Notes: generated by a model from the sequence alone, not told the origin. Shown: positions 21,775-30,912, counted from the first letter of the stretch. The stretch is 64,000 nucleotides of DNA from Candidatus Latescibacterota bacterium (GCA_965242865.1 CBDETK010000013.1:3680001-3744000); one strand, 5' to 3'. Program-made: numbers and translations.

Positions 21775-22644
21775 ATGAGTGTTTTAATTGACGAAAACAC
21801 CAAGGTTTTTGTACAGGCAATTACTGGGTCGGAGGGATCTTTTCACACTCGGCAAATGCTGGAGTACGGCACAAAGGTGGTAGGAGGAGCGACACCTGGC
21901 AAAGGCGGCCAAGAATTTGAAGGCATTCCGGTGTTTAATACGGTCGCCGAAGGCGTTGATGCCTCTGGTGCCAATGCTTCAATCATCTTTGTGCCAGCTC
22001 CCTTTGCCGCCGATGCCATCATGGAAGCGGCCGATGCCGGTCTAGAGTTGATCATCTGTATCAGCGAAAATATTCCCGTGAGCGACATGGTTAAAGCCTA
22101 CCATTATGTACAGGCGCACTCTACCCGGCTGATCGGGCCTAATTGCCCTGGCGTCATCTCGCCGGGGAAGTGTAAAGTCGGCATTATGCCCGCCTTTATT
22201 CACCAGCTAGGTCGCGTGGGTATTATCTCGCGCAGTGGAACGCTGACCTATGAAGCCGTGGGGCAACTTACTGAGCGGGGCTTAGGCCAGTCCACTGCTA
22301 TCGGCATTGGCGGCGACCCAATTATCGGGACGCGCTTTGTAGATGCGCTGGCACTTTTTAAGGACGACCCTGAAACCGATGCGGTCGTGATGATCGGCGA
22401 GATCGGCGGCACCGCTGAAGAAGAGGCGGCCGCCTACATCAAAGAGTGCTACGACAAGCCTGTTATTGGCTTTATCGCGGGGCGCACGGCACCTCCGGGA
22501 CGGCGGATGGGACATGCAGGAGCCATTATTTCAGGGGGTAAGGGAACAGCCGAGGACAAGATGGCGGCGATGCGGGAAGCGGGAATTCACATCTGTGAGA
22601 GTCCTGCGGAAATTGGGGAAACGGTAGAGAAGGTGCTGAGTTGA
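21775..22644 (+). CDS. sucD: Succinyl-CoA synthetase alpha subunit
   Basis: [28 protein letters not shown]. Confidence 0.98.
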   Translation: MSVLIDENTKVFVQAITGSEGSFHTRQMLEYGTKVVGGATPGKGGQEFEGIPVFNTVAEGVDASGANASIIFVPAPFAADAIMEAADAGLELIICISENIPVSDMVKAYHYVQAHSTRLIGPNCPGVISPGKCKVGIMPAFIHQLGRVGIISRSGTLTYEAVGQLTERGLGQSTAIGIGGDPIIGTRFVDALALFKDDPETDAVVMIGEIGGTAEEEAAAYIKECYDKPVIGFIAGRTAPPGRRMGHAGAIISGGKGTAEDKMAAMREAGIHICESPAEIGETVEKVLS

Positions 22645-22693
22645 GTGGGAATGTTTTTCTGCCACCGGAATTGTCAGCAACAGGTGGGCCAAA

Positions 22694-23644
22694 CTACACA
22701 TCAAGCTGTCTTTGAATGGGCATCGCCTGTAGATAACCCCGAGTGCGGCTGGACCAGAACAGATAACTAAAGACCAAATCCGGGACGTAGGTTTTCATCA
22801 GCCAGCGGGTCAACCAGCGGATTGGGTAGTGAATCGGCGGCGACAGGGCTAGCTGAAGTGCGATCCGCCGAGGAGAAAATCCAGAGGCCCTGATGAAGTC
22901 CAGCCAGAGTACGGCGTCAAGTTCAGGGTGCTTGCGTAAAAGGACGGGGATTGACTTGCTGCCGTAAGTTTGCATTAAGCGGCAGAGTGGCTCCAATGAA
23001 CGCAAGTGATAGTGGTAGGACAGGGCTTCAGGAGCATAGTAAAGCGGAATACCCGCTAAATGGAGGCGATACCCCAATTCTAGATCTTCGCCGCCATAAG
23101 CAGTGAGATCCTCGTCAAAAAAACCCACGCGGAGCAGGGATGACCGGCGAACCGAGGAGTTGCCGGTGACGAAGCACTTGAAAGGTATGGGCTTTTCCGC
23201 GTCAATTCTGTGAACCCCCCTCCTTTCGAGATAGCGGGTTAGGGATGTAGGGGGAATTTCAGGGGCAAAGCGGATGTTGCCGATAAAAACGGCTTCCGCG
23301 TGGGTTTGATGCCGTTGGGCATGGGCACGGAGGAAATTTATGCCGACGGTCATATCGCTGTCGAGAAAGATGACCAGATCACCGCTGGCGACTTGAAGTG
23401 CTGCGTTGCGTGCCCGAGCTCGTCCCTGATTCTGTTTGTTGCGAATCAACCGCAACCGTAAAGGCGCGACTGCCGCATATAAGCGCTCGGCGTCCAAGTG
23501 AGGAGAGGCGTCGTCCACCACGATGACTTGAATCGCCTCATGGGGATAATTTTGCTGCGACAGGCTTTTAAGTGCTGCTTCGAGGCACTTAGGTTCGCCA
23601 TAGGTAGGCATTACGATACTGAGCGTCAGCGGGGGGGCACTCAT
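22694..23644 (-). CDS. Glycosyltransferase family 2
   Basis: SIVMPTY, VVDDAS, ARN, FLDSD, GGEDLELGYRL. Confidence 0.9.
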   Translation of the reverse strand: MSAPPLTLSIVMPTYGEPKCLEAALKSLSQQNYPHEAIQVIVVDDASPHLDAERLYAAVAPLRLRLIRNKQNQGRARARNAALQVASGDLVIFLDSDMTVGINFLRAHAQRHQTHAEAVFIGNIRFAPEIPPTSLTRYLERRGVHRIDAEKPIPFKCFVTGNSSVRRSSLLRVGFFDEDLTAYGGEDLELGYRLHLAGIPLYYAPEALSYHYHLRSLEPLCRLMQTYGSKSIPVLLRKHPELDAVLWLDFIRASGFSPRRIALQLALSPPIHYPIRWLTRWLMKTYVPDLVFSYLFWSSRTRGYLQAMPIQRQLDV

Positions 23645-24756
23645 GCTAGGGTTGCATAAAGCTGAGTGAGTTGAGCAGTTTCTCGTTCCCAGTTATAGTG
23701 CTGTGCCGCCTGCAAACTCGCCTTAGCACACGCCTCCCGCTGCTCTGCATTGTCCAAAAAAGTGGCGATTTGCTCCCGGATGGCAACGATATCGGTTGGG
23801 TCGACTGTAGATCCGGTATGCGTTTCGCAGACGATACGCTGCATTTCGGGAAAATTGCTAGCTAGGACCGGTAGCCCGGCCATCATATATTCAAAGAGCT
23901 TGTTGGGCAGAGAGTAGTAAAAGCTCTTGCCCGTGCCTTTGATAAGACACAGGCCCAAGTCGGCCGAGCAAGTATAGTTGTGAAGTTGGTGAAAGGGCAC
24001 CCGGGGAATAAAATAGACTTGGTCGTCTAGTCTCCCAGCGCGGACTTGGTTTCGCAGGGCCTGTTCGCTAGGTCCATCCCCAATTAAAACTAGGGCCGCG
24101 GCAAGCCCAGCGGCGGCCTTGATTTGCTCACGTAAGCCATTTTCGGTGAGGAATCCTCCTTGGTAGAGAACAATAGGGCGATCATCGGGCAGGTCCAGCG
24201 TTTCGCGTATCAGGTTGCTTTGGACCTTATGGCGGAATAGCGGCAAATTATGCAGCACAACGACCTCGTCAAGGCCGTAACGGTCCTTGAGTGATTGGGC
24301 GATAGACCCGCTGACGGTTATGACTCGATCTACCCGTCTTATCAGCCGCTGCTCCAGCAAACGCCAGCAGGACCGCATCAGCGGCCGGCTGACCAGTGAG
24401 GATTGTTCGGTCCAAAATTCGTGTGAGTCATAAACGATGGGCCGATCTAGTCGCCGTGCAGCCCGTACTGCTGGCCAAAGCGAGTCTAGGTCGTGGGCGT
24501 GGTAGGCATCCGGCTGGATCTCAACCAGTAGTGAATAAGCTCGTTGCCAAAACAAAGGATAGAGACGGCGCAATGAGAGGCTGCGGTCTAGCGGAATCGG
24601 ATAGACTTCAAAATCGTCCCATCCCTTGAGGGGAGCTGAGTTGAACGAGGAGGCGACAATGACGACTTGGTACCCAGCATGGCGTAGCGAAGTGGCCTCT
24701 CGGTAGATGCGGTAGTCGAAATTCAGGTCGGTAAAGGCGACCATACAGATACGCAT
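23641..24756 (-). CDS. Glycosyltransferase family 4
   Basis: D-x-RI-x-REA, YHAHD, YDSHE, SLPNKLFEYMMAGLPV; likely start MRICMV at 24756. Confidence 0.88.
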   Translation of the reverse strand: MRICMVAFTDLNFDYRIYREATSLRHAGYQVVIVASSFNSAPLKGWDDFEVYPIPLDRSLSLRRLYPLFWQRAYSLLVEIQPDAYHAHDLDSLWPAVRAARRLDRPIVYDSHEFWTEQSSLVSRPLMRSCWRLLEQRLIRRVDRVITVSGSIAQSLKDRYGLDEVVVLHNLPLFRHKVQSNLIRETLDLPDDRPIVLYQGGFLTENGLREQIKAAAGLAAALVLIGDGPSEQALRNQVRAGRLDDQVYFIPRVPFHQLHNYTCSADLGLCLIKGTGKSFYYSLPNKLFEYMMAGLPVLASNFPEMQRIVCETHTGSTVDPTDIVAIREQIATFLDNAEQREACAKASLQAAQHYNWERETAQLTQLYATLA

Positions 24757-24822
24757 GATGTACAAAGGATTAGGCATAAAGGCCAAAAATAAAAGCAGCC
24801 CTTCTAAAGTGGGCTGCTTCTT

Positions 24823-24991
24823 AAAAAAAGAGTGTGGCGGCCAGATGGTGTGATCTTGAAACGCAAGTGAGATCCTCAAACGAGGCGGTGTGGGGAGGTA
24901 GTTTTGAAGATCTCAATGACCCGAAAAGGGAAATCCGAGCTTCGCGGATCAGGATTTTGGCCACGCTATGCGGACCGCCACACTCTATGTT
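24823..24991 (-). ncRNA. Candidate structured ncRNA (~165 nt; 6S-like rod or novel family)
   Basis: 12-bp perfect terminal IR (24829-24840 / 24975-24986), 13-bp internal hairpin (24868-24880 / 24903-24915), minus-strand promoter immediately upstream and U-tract immediately downstream. Confidence 0.6.
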
Positions 24992-24998
24992 GGAAATA

Positions 24999-25027
24999 AA
25001 AATACACACGCTAGATTGTGTTGTCAA
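24999..25027 (-). promoter_or_regulatory. sigma70 promoter of ncRNA candidate with operator in spacer
   Basis: Minus strand TTGACA-N17-TATTTT; spacer carries ACAC-N8-GTGT (25006-25021). Confidence 0.6.
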
Positions 25028-25064
25028 GTGGAAAAACGGATGCTAAGAAAATGATAATGGAGTC

Positions 25065-25093
25065 TTGCACACTTACAAGTGTGTGCATATCTT
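25065..25093 (+). promoter_or_regulatory. sigma70 promoter of XRE gene with palindromic operator
   Basis: TTGCAC-N17-TATCTT overlapped by TGCACAC-N8-GTGTGCA (25066-25087). Confidence 0.6.
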
Positions 25094-25133
25094 AGTAGAG
25101 GAAATGGTTGAAAATAGTTCAGAAGGATCGCAA

Positions 25134-25667
25134 ATGCAGTTTGCTGAAATGATCAAGGAGGCTCGGCTACAAGCCCACCTAAGCCAGCAGAAATTGGCCG
25201 AACAACTCGTGACGGCGCGAAGGCCCAAGGGCGTATGGGCAACCTATATAGGACAAATTGAGAAGGGGGAGAAGGTTCCTTCCGACGAAATATGTATCAA
25301 GTTGGCCGAGGTATTGGGACTCGACTCCGACAAAGTATTGATTGCGGCTTATGAGGCCAAGGCGAGCTCGGAGGAAGGGCGTGCGATCTATGGTAAGATG
25401 ATGCGCTTGCTGTCGGACCCAGTAGTCAACAAGCTCTTGTCTAACAAAGAGCCTTTGGACCCAGCTCTCTTGAAATTGCTCTCTAATCCAGAAATCGTGG
25501 CACTGCTTGGGGATCAACCGTGGATAGAGGCAGTTGCCCGAGTACATGCGAACCAGAAGGAACGCGATGTATTGTCCCTGCTCGCTTTAGCAGAGGCGAT
25601 GGACGATAAACAGTGGAATATGATAATGGGCCTTATAGAGACTTGGGGCTTAGGGCTACCTAGTTGA
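25134..25667 (+). CDS. XRE-family HTH transcriptional regulator
   Basis: IKEAR-x4-LSQQKLA...YIGQIEKGEKVPS...KLAEVLG; helical C-terminal domain of unknown function. Confidence 0.85.
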   Translation: MQFAEMIKEARLQAHLSQQKLAEQLVTARRPKGVWATYIGQIEKGEKVPSDEICIKLAEVLGLDSDKVLIAAYEAKASSEEGRAIYGKMMRLLSDPVVNKLLSNKEPLDPALLKLLSNPEIVALLGDQPWIEAVARVHANQKERDVLSLLALAEAMDDKQWNMIMGLIETWGLGLPS

Positions 25668-25716
25668 GGAGGCCGATTCGCTTAGCGGGGGGAATCACAG
25701 CAAAAGTGGGAGGGAG

Positions 25717-26205
25717 TTAGAAGTCGGGTAGTTGGTACTCGCCGCGCTCAATGGCTTGCTCTAACTCTTGGTGGAAGGTGCTGTCTAAGTGGGAAGTAAT
25801 TTTCCAACCACTAGAATCGCGAAGAAAATAAAAGAATGGAGACGTGCGCTCATCGCCTATCGTCGAGGAATCGAAGAGTAAGTAACCGATGCGCTCGTTG
25901 ATGATGCGCTCTTCGGCGATTTCTCGACGCAGGTGAGTTTTTATCTCGGCTGGCGTCTTTTGCTGCCATAGCTTTACAAAGCTCTGACGATCTTCTCCCT
26001 CCATTTGCGAAGAATTGAAACATTCCCAAAGCAAGTCAAAGTCGCGGTTTTCTAGCGCGTATTTGTAGGTCTGGAAGGTCTGGGCCGGGTGAGAGAAGCG
26101 TTGGTCTATGTCTTCGCTATTGCAGCCGTGAAGGAGGGCGAGGTAAAGAAATAGTTGTAAGGCCATAGTGTGCAGCGCACGGGTCAGTATCTTGAGCAAC
26201 GTCAA
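25717..26205 (-). CDS. Hypothetical lipoprotein (NTF2-like/DUF4878-like fold possible)
   Basis: Hydrophobic N-terminus with LHGC lipobox; PAQTF..Y..AL...D and GWKI patterns. Confidence 0.6.
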   Translation of the reverse strand: MTLLKILTRALHTMALQLFLYLALLHGCNSEDIDQRFSHPAQTFQTYKYALENRDFDLLWECFNSSQMEGEDRQSFVKLWQQKTPAEIKTHLRREIAEERIINERIGYLLFDSSTIGDERTSPFFYFLRDSSGWKITSHLDSTFHQELEQAIERGEYQLPDF

Positions 26206-26225
26206 CTACTTGGCAGGAGTTAAGC

Positions 26226-26921
26226 CTACGGCCCCTCAGATTGGGCTTCAGCACTTGCTTTATTAACGAGCAATTCGATTGCGTCCCGTAGCCGAGCGGC
26301 CTCTTCGTATTCTTCGCAGATAATGGCCTGTTGTAGCTGGTGCTGAAGCAGACTGAGTTCGTCCTTCTCTTCTTTGAGGGGCTGTTGAGTTTCGGCTTCT
26401 TCAGCGTTCCGCTTCAAGGGGCGGATATTGAGCGATTTGGAAATCTGCGCTTCAAAATCATAGAAACGGTTCAGGGTGTGTTCAACGTCCAAGTCGGTCT
26501 CCAAAGGCTCCAAGCCCAGCTCGTCCAGCAACCTATGAGAAACGTAGATAGGCGCGTCAGTACGCAAGGCCAAAGCAATCGCGTCGCTGGGACGTGCGTC
26601 GAGGTCTTTTATTGTGTGATCCTTCTCAATGACGACCCTCGCGTAGTAAATTGAGTGGCGCACGTTGTGAATGACAACTTGGCGGACACTCACCGCAAGG
26701 TAGTCGACCATAGAAGAGAGCAAGTCGTAAGAAATCGGACGTATGGGCCCATCGTCTTCTAGCCGCATCCGAATGGCCGCGGCCTCAAACTCGCCAATGG
26801 GAATGGGCAAGAGCCGCGGCAGTTGACCTTCCTTCTCGCTCAACCAGACCAAGGGCTTGTCATCTCGCAAGTAGGGACTAACCTTGACCACGGTCATCTC
26901 GACTAAAGAGGTATTACTCAT
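26226..26921 (-). CDS. Bifunctional nuclease (DUF151) with C-terminal UVR domain, copy 1
   Basis: LPIPIGEFEAAAI, RPISYDL, DARPSDAIALALR, AIICEEYEEAARLRD. Confidence 0.9.
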   Translation of the reverse strand: MSNTSLVEMTVVKVSPYLRDDKPLVWLSEKEGQLPRLLPIPIGEFEAAAIRMRLEDDGPIRPISYDLLSSMVDYLAVSVRQVVIHNVRHSIYYARVVIEKDHTIKDLDARPSDAIALALRTDAPIYVSHRLLDELGLEPLETDLDVEHTLNRFYDFEAQISKSLNIRPLKRNAEEAETQQPLKEEKDELSLLQHQLQQAIICEEYEEAARLRDAIELLVNKASAEAQSEGP

Positions 26922-27526
26922 TAATCATCCCTGTCGAGGCGGCTGATCTCGTCGCGCAGCCGCGCCGCCTCCTCGTAGATCTCTTCGGCAACAGCTTGGT
27001 CCATGCGTCTTTTGAGTCGTTCTAATTGGCTGATGGCTGGGGGGGCGATGACGGGCGGTGCGGCCACGGGTCTGGCGAGGGCTTCAACTTTAGTTGGAAC
27101 CCATTGGTCATCGTCGGAGCGGACGCAGCCCACCTCTTTGAGGATTTCGACCGCGGCGTAGATCGGTGCGCGAAAGCGCAAGGCCAAGGCAATTGCATCG
27201 CTGGGACGTGCGTCGATCGTGTGAGTCTTGCCCTCGTCGTCGACGAGGTGAACCTCAGCGTAGTACGTTCCCTCATGTGAGTTAAAGTAAGTGATTTCGA
27301 CCCGGGCTACCCGAGCATGGACATTGGCGAGAATCTGATGGGCTAGGTCGTAGCTGATGGGGCGCACTGATTGCCGCTTGCTGTGGGCTATAGAAATGGC
27401 GGCCGCCTCAAAGCGGCCAATGACAATGTGCAGATAATAATTGCCCTCAACTTCTTTGAGTACTACTTCAGGGTATAAAGACTGAGATTTGCTGCTTAAA
27501 ACCTCCTTGACTTCCATCAGAACCAT
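26921..27526 (-). CDS. Bifunctional nuclease (DUF151) with C-terminal UVR domain, copy 2
   Basis: IGRFEAAAI, RPISYDL, DARPSDAIALALR, AVAEEIYEEAARLRDEI. Confidence 0.9.
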   Translation of the reverse strand: MVLMEVKEVLSSKSQSLYPEVVLKEVEGNYYLHIVIGRFEAAAISIAHSKRQSVRPISYDLAHQILANVHARVARVEITYFNSHEGTYYAEVHLVDDEGKTHTIDARPSDAIALALRFRAPIYAAVEILKEVGCVRSDDDQWVPTKVEALARPVAAPPVIAPPAISQLERLKRRMDQAVAEEIYEEAARLRDEISRLDRDD

Positions 27527-27597
27527 AGCGGTGCATCGCGGTTTAGTGGGCTGCTGTCGTTTAACGTGTGAAATATAATACGGCCTCAAAGTAAGTG

Positions 27598-27777
27598 TCA
27601 ACCGACGGGTGCTTCTTGGCCATCCGGCAAATCGTCCTCTTTGTTATTCAGCTTCAACTCAAGTTCTGCGAGTTGGCGGCCTAGTTCCCCGGTGCGCCGG
27701 TTTAGGCGCATCAGATAGGCAAAAAGCACGGCCCACACGGCCGCGAAGGCGGCAAACAAGTAGTGGAGATTGTCCAT
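27598..27777 (-). CDS. ccmD: Heme exporter protein CcmD (not in ORF track)
   Basis: MDNLHYLFAAFAAVWAVLFAYLMRLNRRTGELGRQLAELE...APVG*, 59 aa, single TM plus charged tail, directly after ccmC. Confidence 0.8.
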   Translation of the reverse strand: MDNLHYLFAAFAAVWAVLFAYLMRLNRRTGELGRQLAELELKLNNKEDDLPDGQEAPVG

Positions 27778-27783
27778 AGTCTC

Positions 27784-28452
27784 TTACGTTTCGTCTGTTA
27801 GTTTTTGCCGCATAGATGCAACGGCCTCTTCAATGCGGGCTAGTTCCATGCGTTGCGCTAGGAGGCGAAAGAGCAGCAGGAAGAAGGCCGCGTAGCAGAT
27901 CCACTTGGTGTATTGCATCCTCGGCTCGAGTTCCACGTTGCGCGGCGGGTGTAGCTGTTGGTCGGCGGCCCACAGATCGACGGCGTAGTACACTAAAGGA
28001 ACGTTGGCGAAGGCGAGAATGCCCAGTACAGCACTAGTGCGCTGTACCGAAGTAGAGTAACCATATCCTCGCACCATCAGGTAAGCGACGTAGATGGTGA
28101 AGGTGATTAGCATTGAGGTTAAGCGCGGCTCCCATCGCCAGTACACCCCCCAGATGGGTTTGGCCCACAAGGGCCCAGTGATCAGCACGATCAACGCAAA
28201 GACTACGCCCAATTCGGCGGAGCATCGCGCTAGGCGATCCCACCTGTCCTCCCGAGTACGCAGATACTGCACACTGCCAACAAATACCAAAAAAAAAGCT
28301 AAAAACGAAGAAATCGCCGCCGGTACGTGAAAGTAGAAGATTCGTTGGACGATTCCCATTTCTTTTTCTGTGGGGACCCAGAGAAAAATCGCCGCTAAGG
28401 CGACGAGCATGACCACAAAAACCAAACAGGAGAATGGGACCGAACGCATCAT
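27784..28452 (-). CDS. ccmC: Heme exporter protein CcmC
   Basis: RIFYFHVP, TGPLWAKPIWGVYWRWEPRLT (WWD-type), LHP. Confidence 0.92.
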   Translation of the reverse strand: MMRSVPFSCLVFVVMLVALAAIFLWVPTEKEMGIVQRIFYFHVPAAISSFLAFFLVFVGSVQYLRTREDRWDRLARCSAELGVVFALIVLITGPLWAKPIWGVYWRWEPRLTSMLITFTIYVAYLMVRGYGYSTSVQRTSAVLGILAFANVPLVYYAVDLWAADQQLHPPRNVELEPRMQYTKWICYAAFFLLLFRLLAQRMELARIEEAVASMRQKLTDET

Positions 28453-29126
28453 TCCTCGATTGTGTATTCAAAGAGCATTAGGGAGAGCACCGTGAAAACC
28501 ACCGCGTACACTCCCAACATTTGCAGGTGCGGGAAGAGCTTTTCGCAACAGTCATTGACCAGCACTAGCCCTGTCGCCTCCACGCTGGAAATCAACGCCG
28601 GCAAGATCATGGGAAAGAGCAGGAGAGGCAGCAGCAACTCGCGCAAACGCATGTTGTTCGACAGGGCCGCAAAGAGTGTGCCCACCGATGCGATACAAGC
28701 CGATCCTAAGACGAAGACCGCTAGTAGGGGGAGTAAAAAGAAGCCTAGAGACAGATTAAAGAAGAGGGCGAAAAAGGGCAAACTCAGAATTTCAACCGCT
28801 AAAAGAAAAACAAAATTACCCAGCATTTTACCTAGATAGATGGAACCGCGGTCCCCCGGCGCCAACAGCAGGGCGTCGAGCGCGTCGTTTTCGCGTTCAT
28901 CGGCAAAAGAGCGGCCTAGACTCAGCAGGCTGGCGAAGACATAGGATGACCAGAGTGTACCAGGTCCAATCTCGCGTAGAGCGGTCTTGCCTAAATCAAA
29001 GGAGAAGTTGAACACCAGCAATATTAATAGTATAAAGAAGATCATCGGGCTGAGGCGTACCTTAGTGCGCCACTCGGCCTTAAGATCCTTCCGCAGTATC
29101 GCCAGTGTGCGCCTTAAAAAGCTCAT
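28449..29126 (-). CDS. ccmB: Heme exporter protein CcmB
   Basis: KDLKAEWR, RSFADE, IYLGK, LLPLLLFPMILP. Confidence 0.92.
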   Translation of the reverse strand: MSFLRRTLAILRKDLKAEWRTKVRLSPMIFFILLILLVFNFSFDLGKTALREIGPGTLWSSYVFASLLSLGRSFADERENDALDALLLAPGDRGSIYLGKMLGNFVFLLAVEILSLPFFALFFNLSLGFFLLPLLAVFVLGSACIASVGTLFAALSNNMRLRELLLPLLLFPMILPALISSVEATGLVLVNDCCEKLFPHLQMLGVYAVVFTVLSLMLFEYTIEE

Positions 29127-29836
29127 AGGTCAGCGTCGAGATAGGGCGCACAGAGCCTGCACAGTTGGTTCGGGTCATCCGTCAGGGTTTGGTCCAAGCA
29201 CCATTGCCCGCGCCTGATCACCAACAGGCGATCCACTAGGCCATCGGCTTCGTCGAGGCGATGGGTCACCAAGATGTAAGTCCGCCCCTCTTGCCGAAAG
29301 CGGCGCACGAGGCGGTGCAATGCCGCACTAGCCCCAGTGTCGAGGCCGGTAAACGGCTCGTCAAACAAGAGAATAGAGGGACCATGCAGGGTGGCCCGGA
29401 CAATAGCCAGACGTTGCTTCATTCCGCGAGAGAACGAACTCACGCGCTGGTCGAGCCGCTCGTTCAGACCAATAGCTGCTAGGGCCGCAGCGATCCGGTC
29501 GTCGGGGTTTTCCAATCCATAGAGCTGGGCGAAGAAGCGCAGGTTCTCTCTCGCCGTCAGTTCGTCGTAGAGCAAGGTTTGATGCGAGAGCAGGCCGATC
29601 TCCGCTCGAGCCTCGGGAATGCACCGGGGATCGCGACCATTGATCCGTACGCTCCCCGCCGAAGGTTGGCAGAGGCCGGCCACCAGCCGCAGCAGGGTAC
29701 TCTTGCCCGCGCCATTAGCACCAACGAGCAGCACCGCTTGGCCACGTGGGATGACCAGATTGGTGGGATGCAGAGCTGGGTGGGGACCGAAGTGCTTGGC
29801 AGCACCCTCTAGGACGATTGCGTCGTCTCCACCCAT
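29123..29836 (-). CDS. ccmA: Heme ABC exporter ATPase CcmA
   Basis: GANGAGKST, LTARENL, FSRGMKQR, DEPFTGLD; adjacent to ccmB. Confidence 0.9.
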   Translation of the reverse strand: MGGDDAIVLEGAAKHFGPHPALHPTNLVIPRGQAVLLVGANGAGKSTLLRLVAGLCQPSAGSVRINGRDPRCIPEARAEIGLLSHQTLLYDELTARENLRFFAQLYGLENPDDRIAAALAAIGLNERLDQRVSSFSRGMKQRLAIVRATLHGPSILLFDEPFTGLDTGASAALHRLVRRFRQEGRTYILVTHRLDEADGLVDRLLVIRRGQWCLDQTLTDDPNQLCRLCAPYLDADL

Positions 29837-30909
29837 CACGCTTCAAGCGCTTGCGTCAGAGCAACAGCCTCGCGCATCAGATGCTTTCGCCGGTCAATGT
29901 ACTGCGGATCGTCGGCTCGACCGACAAAAGAATCGTCGAGCCGAGCGAGTTCCTCAATGAGCTGTTGCCGCTTTTTTGATGCGCGGGCGCGATCGGTGTT
30001 TGGGGGTTGGCGGCTCAACGTCAACGCGACCCCACCGGCGACGAATGCGCCCGCGAGGGCGACCCATTTGAGCGACCAACGCAGCGAGGGGGCGAGGGGT
30101 AGAGGTAAGGGGATCGCTACTTGCTGGCTGGGCTGTAGGTTTTCTAGGACAATTTTTTGGTACTGGCGTCCGTGCTGTTCGACAATGCCTAGGTCAATAA
30201 ACGGTGGTTTGGGTTCCATGGAAGGGGGATCGAGAAAAACCTCCAAGCGGTCGGTCGGGTAAATCGCCTGATGCACATAAGGACTGTTGCGGATGTCGAG
30301 GTTAAAGGAAAAACTCCGCTGCGAGCGGCCTGGAGGCAGAGGCTGGTTGTCAAAGAAACGGCCTTCTCCGGCTTGGTGGAGGAGCCCCGAATGGCTTTGG
30401 GGGTTGAAGATGCCCGTTGGCAAGGCGAGTTCGATCACGCGACGCTCCTGCCCGTCGCCGCTGCCTGAGTAAGTCCGCTCTAGGGCGTTGTGAATTTGCA
30501 GGAGCTGGACACACTCAATCGCATTTTCGCGTAAAGAAAAAAAGAGATGGTGAGTACCGACTCGGATTCCAGAGGGGTCATTGGTTTTTTCGTAAACCTC
30601 GAGGATGACCTGTTGCTGGGCGCCGGCCTCAAGGGTTGAGGAGAAGTAAGGGATGCCGTCGTAGAAGGCAGCTAGCCCGAAGCGGAGGCCGCCCTGTAGG
30701 AAGGGGCCGGAAAAAGAGAAGTGCCCCTCGGCGTCAGTCTCCTTGCGCAGCATCTCGAGAATTTGGCCGTCTTGGCGGACGTAAAAAGCCACGGGAACGC
30801 CTGGGATTCGCGCTTGGGTGAAGGGATTGAGCACGTAACCGTTGATCGCCTCGCCCCGCAGGTCGGAAGCGCAAAGGACCATTGCCGCGCAAATCAAGCG
30901 CAGGACCAT
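29836..30909 (-). CDS. Ccm-associated exported protein with C-terminal TM and coiled coil
   Basis: Signal peptide, TDAEGHFSF beta-sandwich motif, TM, LIEELARLD...Y..RR tail. Confidence 0.6.
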   Translation of the reverse strand: MVLRLICAAMVLCASDLRGEAINGYVLNPFTQARIPGVPVAFYVRQDGQILEMLRKETDAEGHFSFSGPFLQGGLRFGLAAFYDGIPYFSSTLEAGAQQQVILEVYEKTNDPSGIRVGTHHLFFSLRENAIECVQLLQIHNALERTYSGSGDGQERRVIELALPTGIFNPQSHSGLLHQAGEGRFFDNQPLPPGRSQRSFSFNLDIRNSPYVHQAIYPTDRLEVFLDPPSMEPKPPFIDLGIVEQHGRQYQKIVLENLQPSQQVAIPLPLPLAPSLRWSLKWVALAGAFVAGGVALTLSRQPPNTDRARASKKRQQLIEELARLDDSFVGRADDPQYIDRRKHLMREAVALTQALEA

Positions 30910-30912
30910 GGT

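Noticed and set aside
24823-24991. Retron msr-msd interpretation of the structured RNA (terminal IRs, short hairpins, long hairpin)
   Set aside because: No reverse transcriptase ORF (YxDD with VTG) adjacent or recognisable elsewhere in the window
24821-25046. Short ORFs (68 and 70 aa) over the RNA/promoter region, and the long N-terminal extension of the GT4 ORF
   Set aside because: No RBS or family motif; they overlap promoter elements and a base-paired structure
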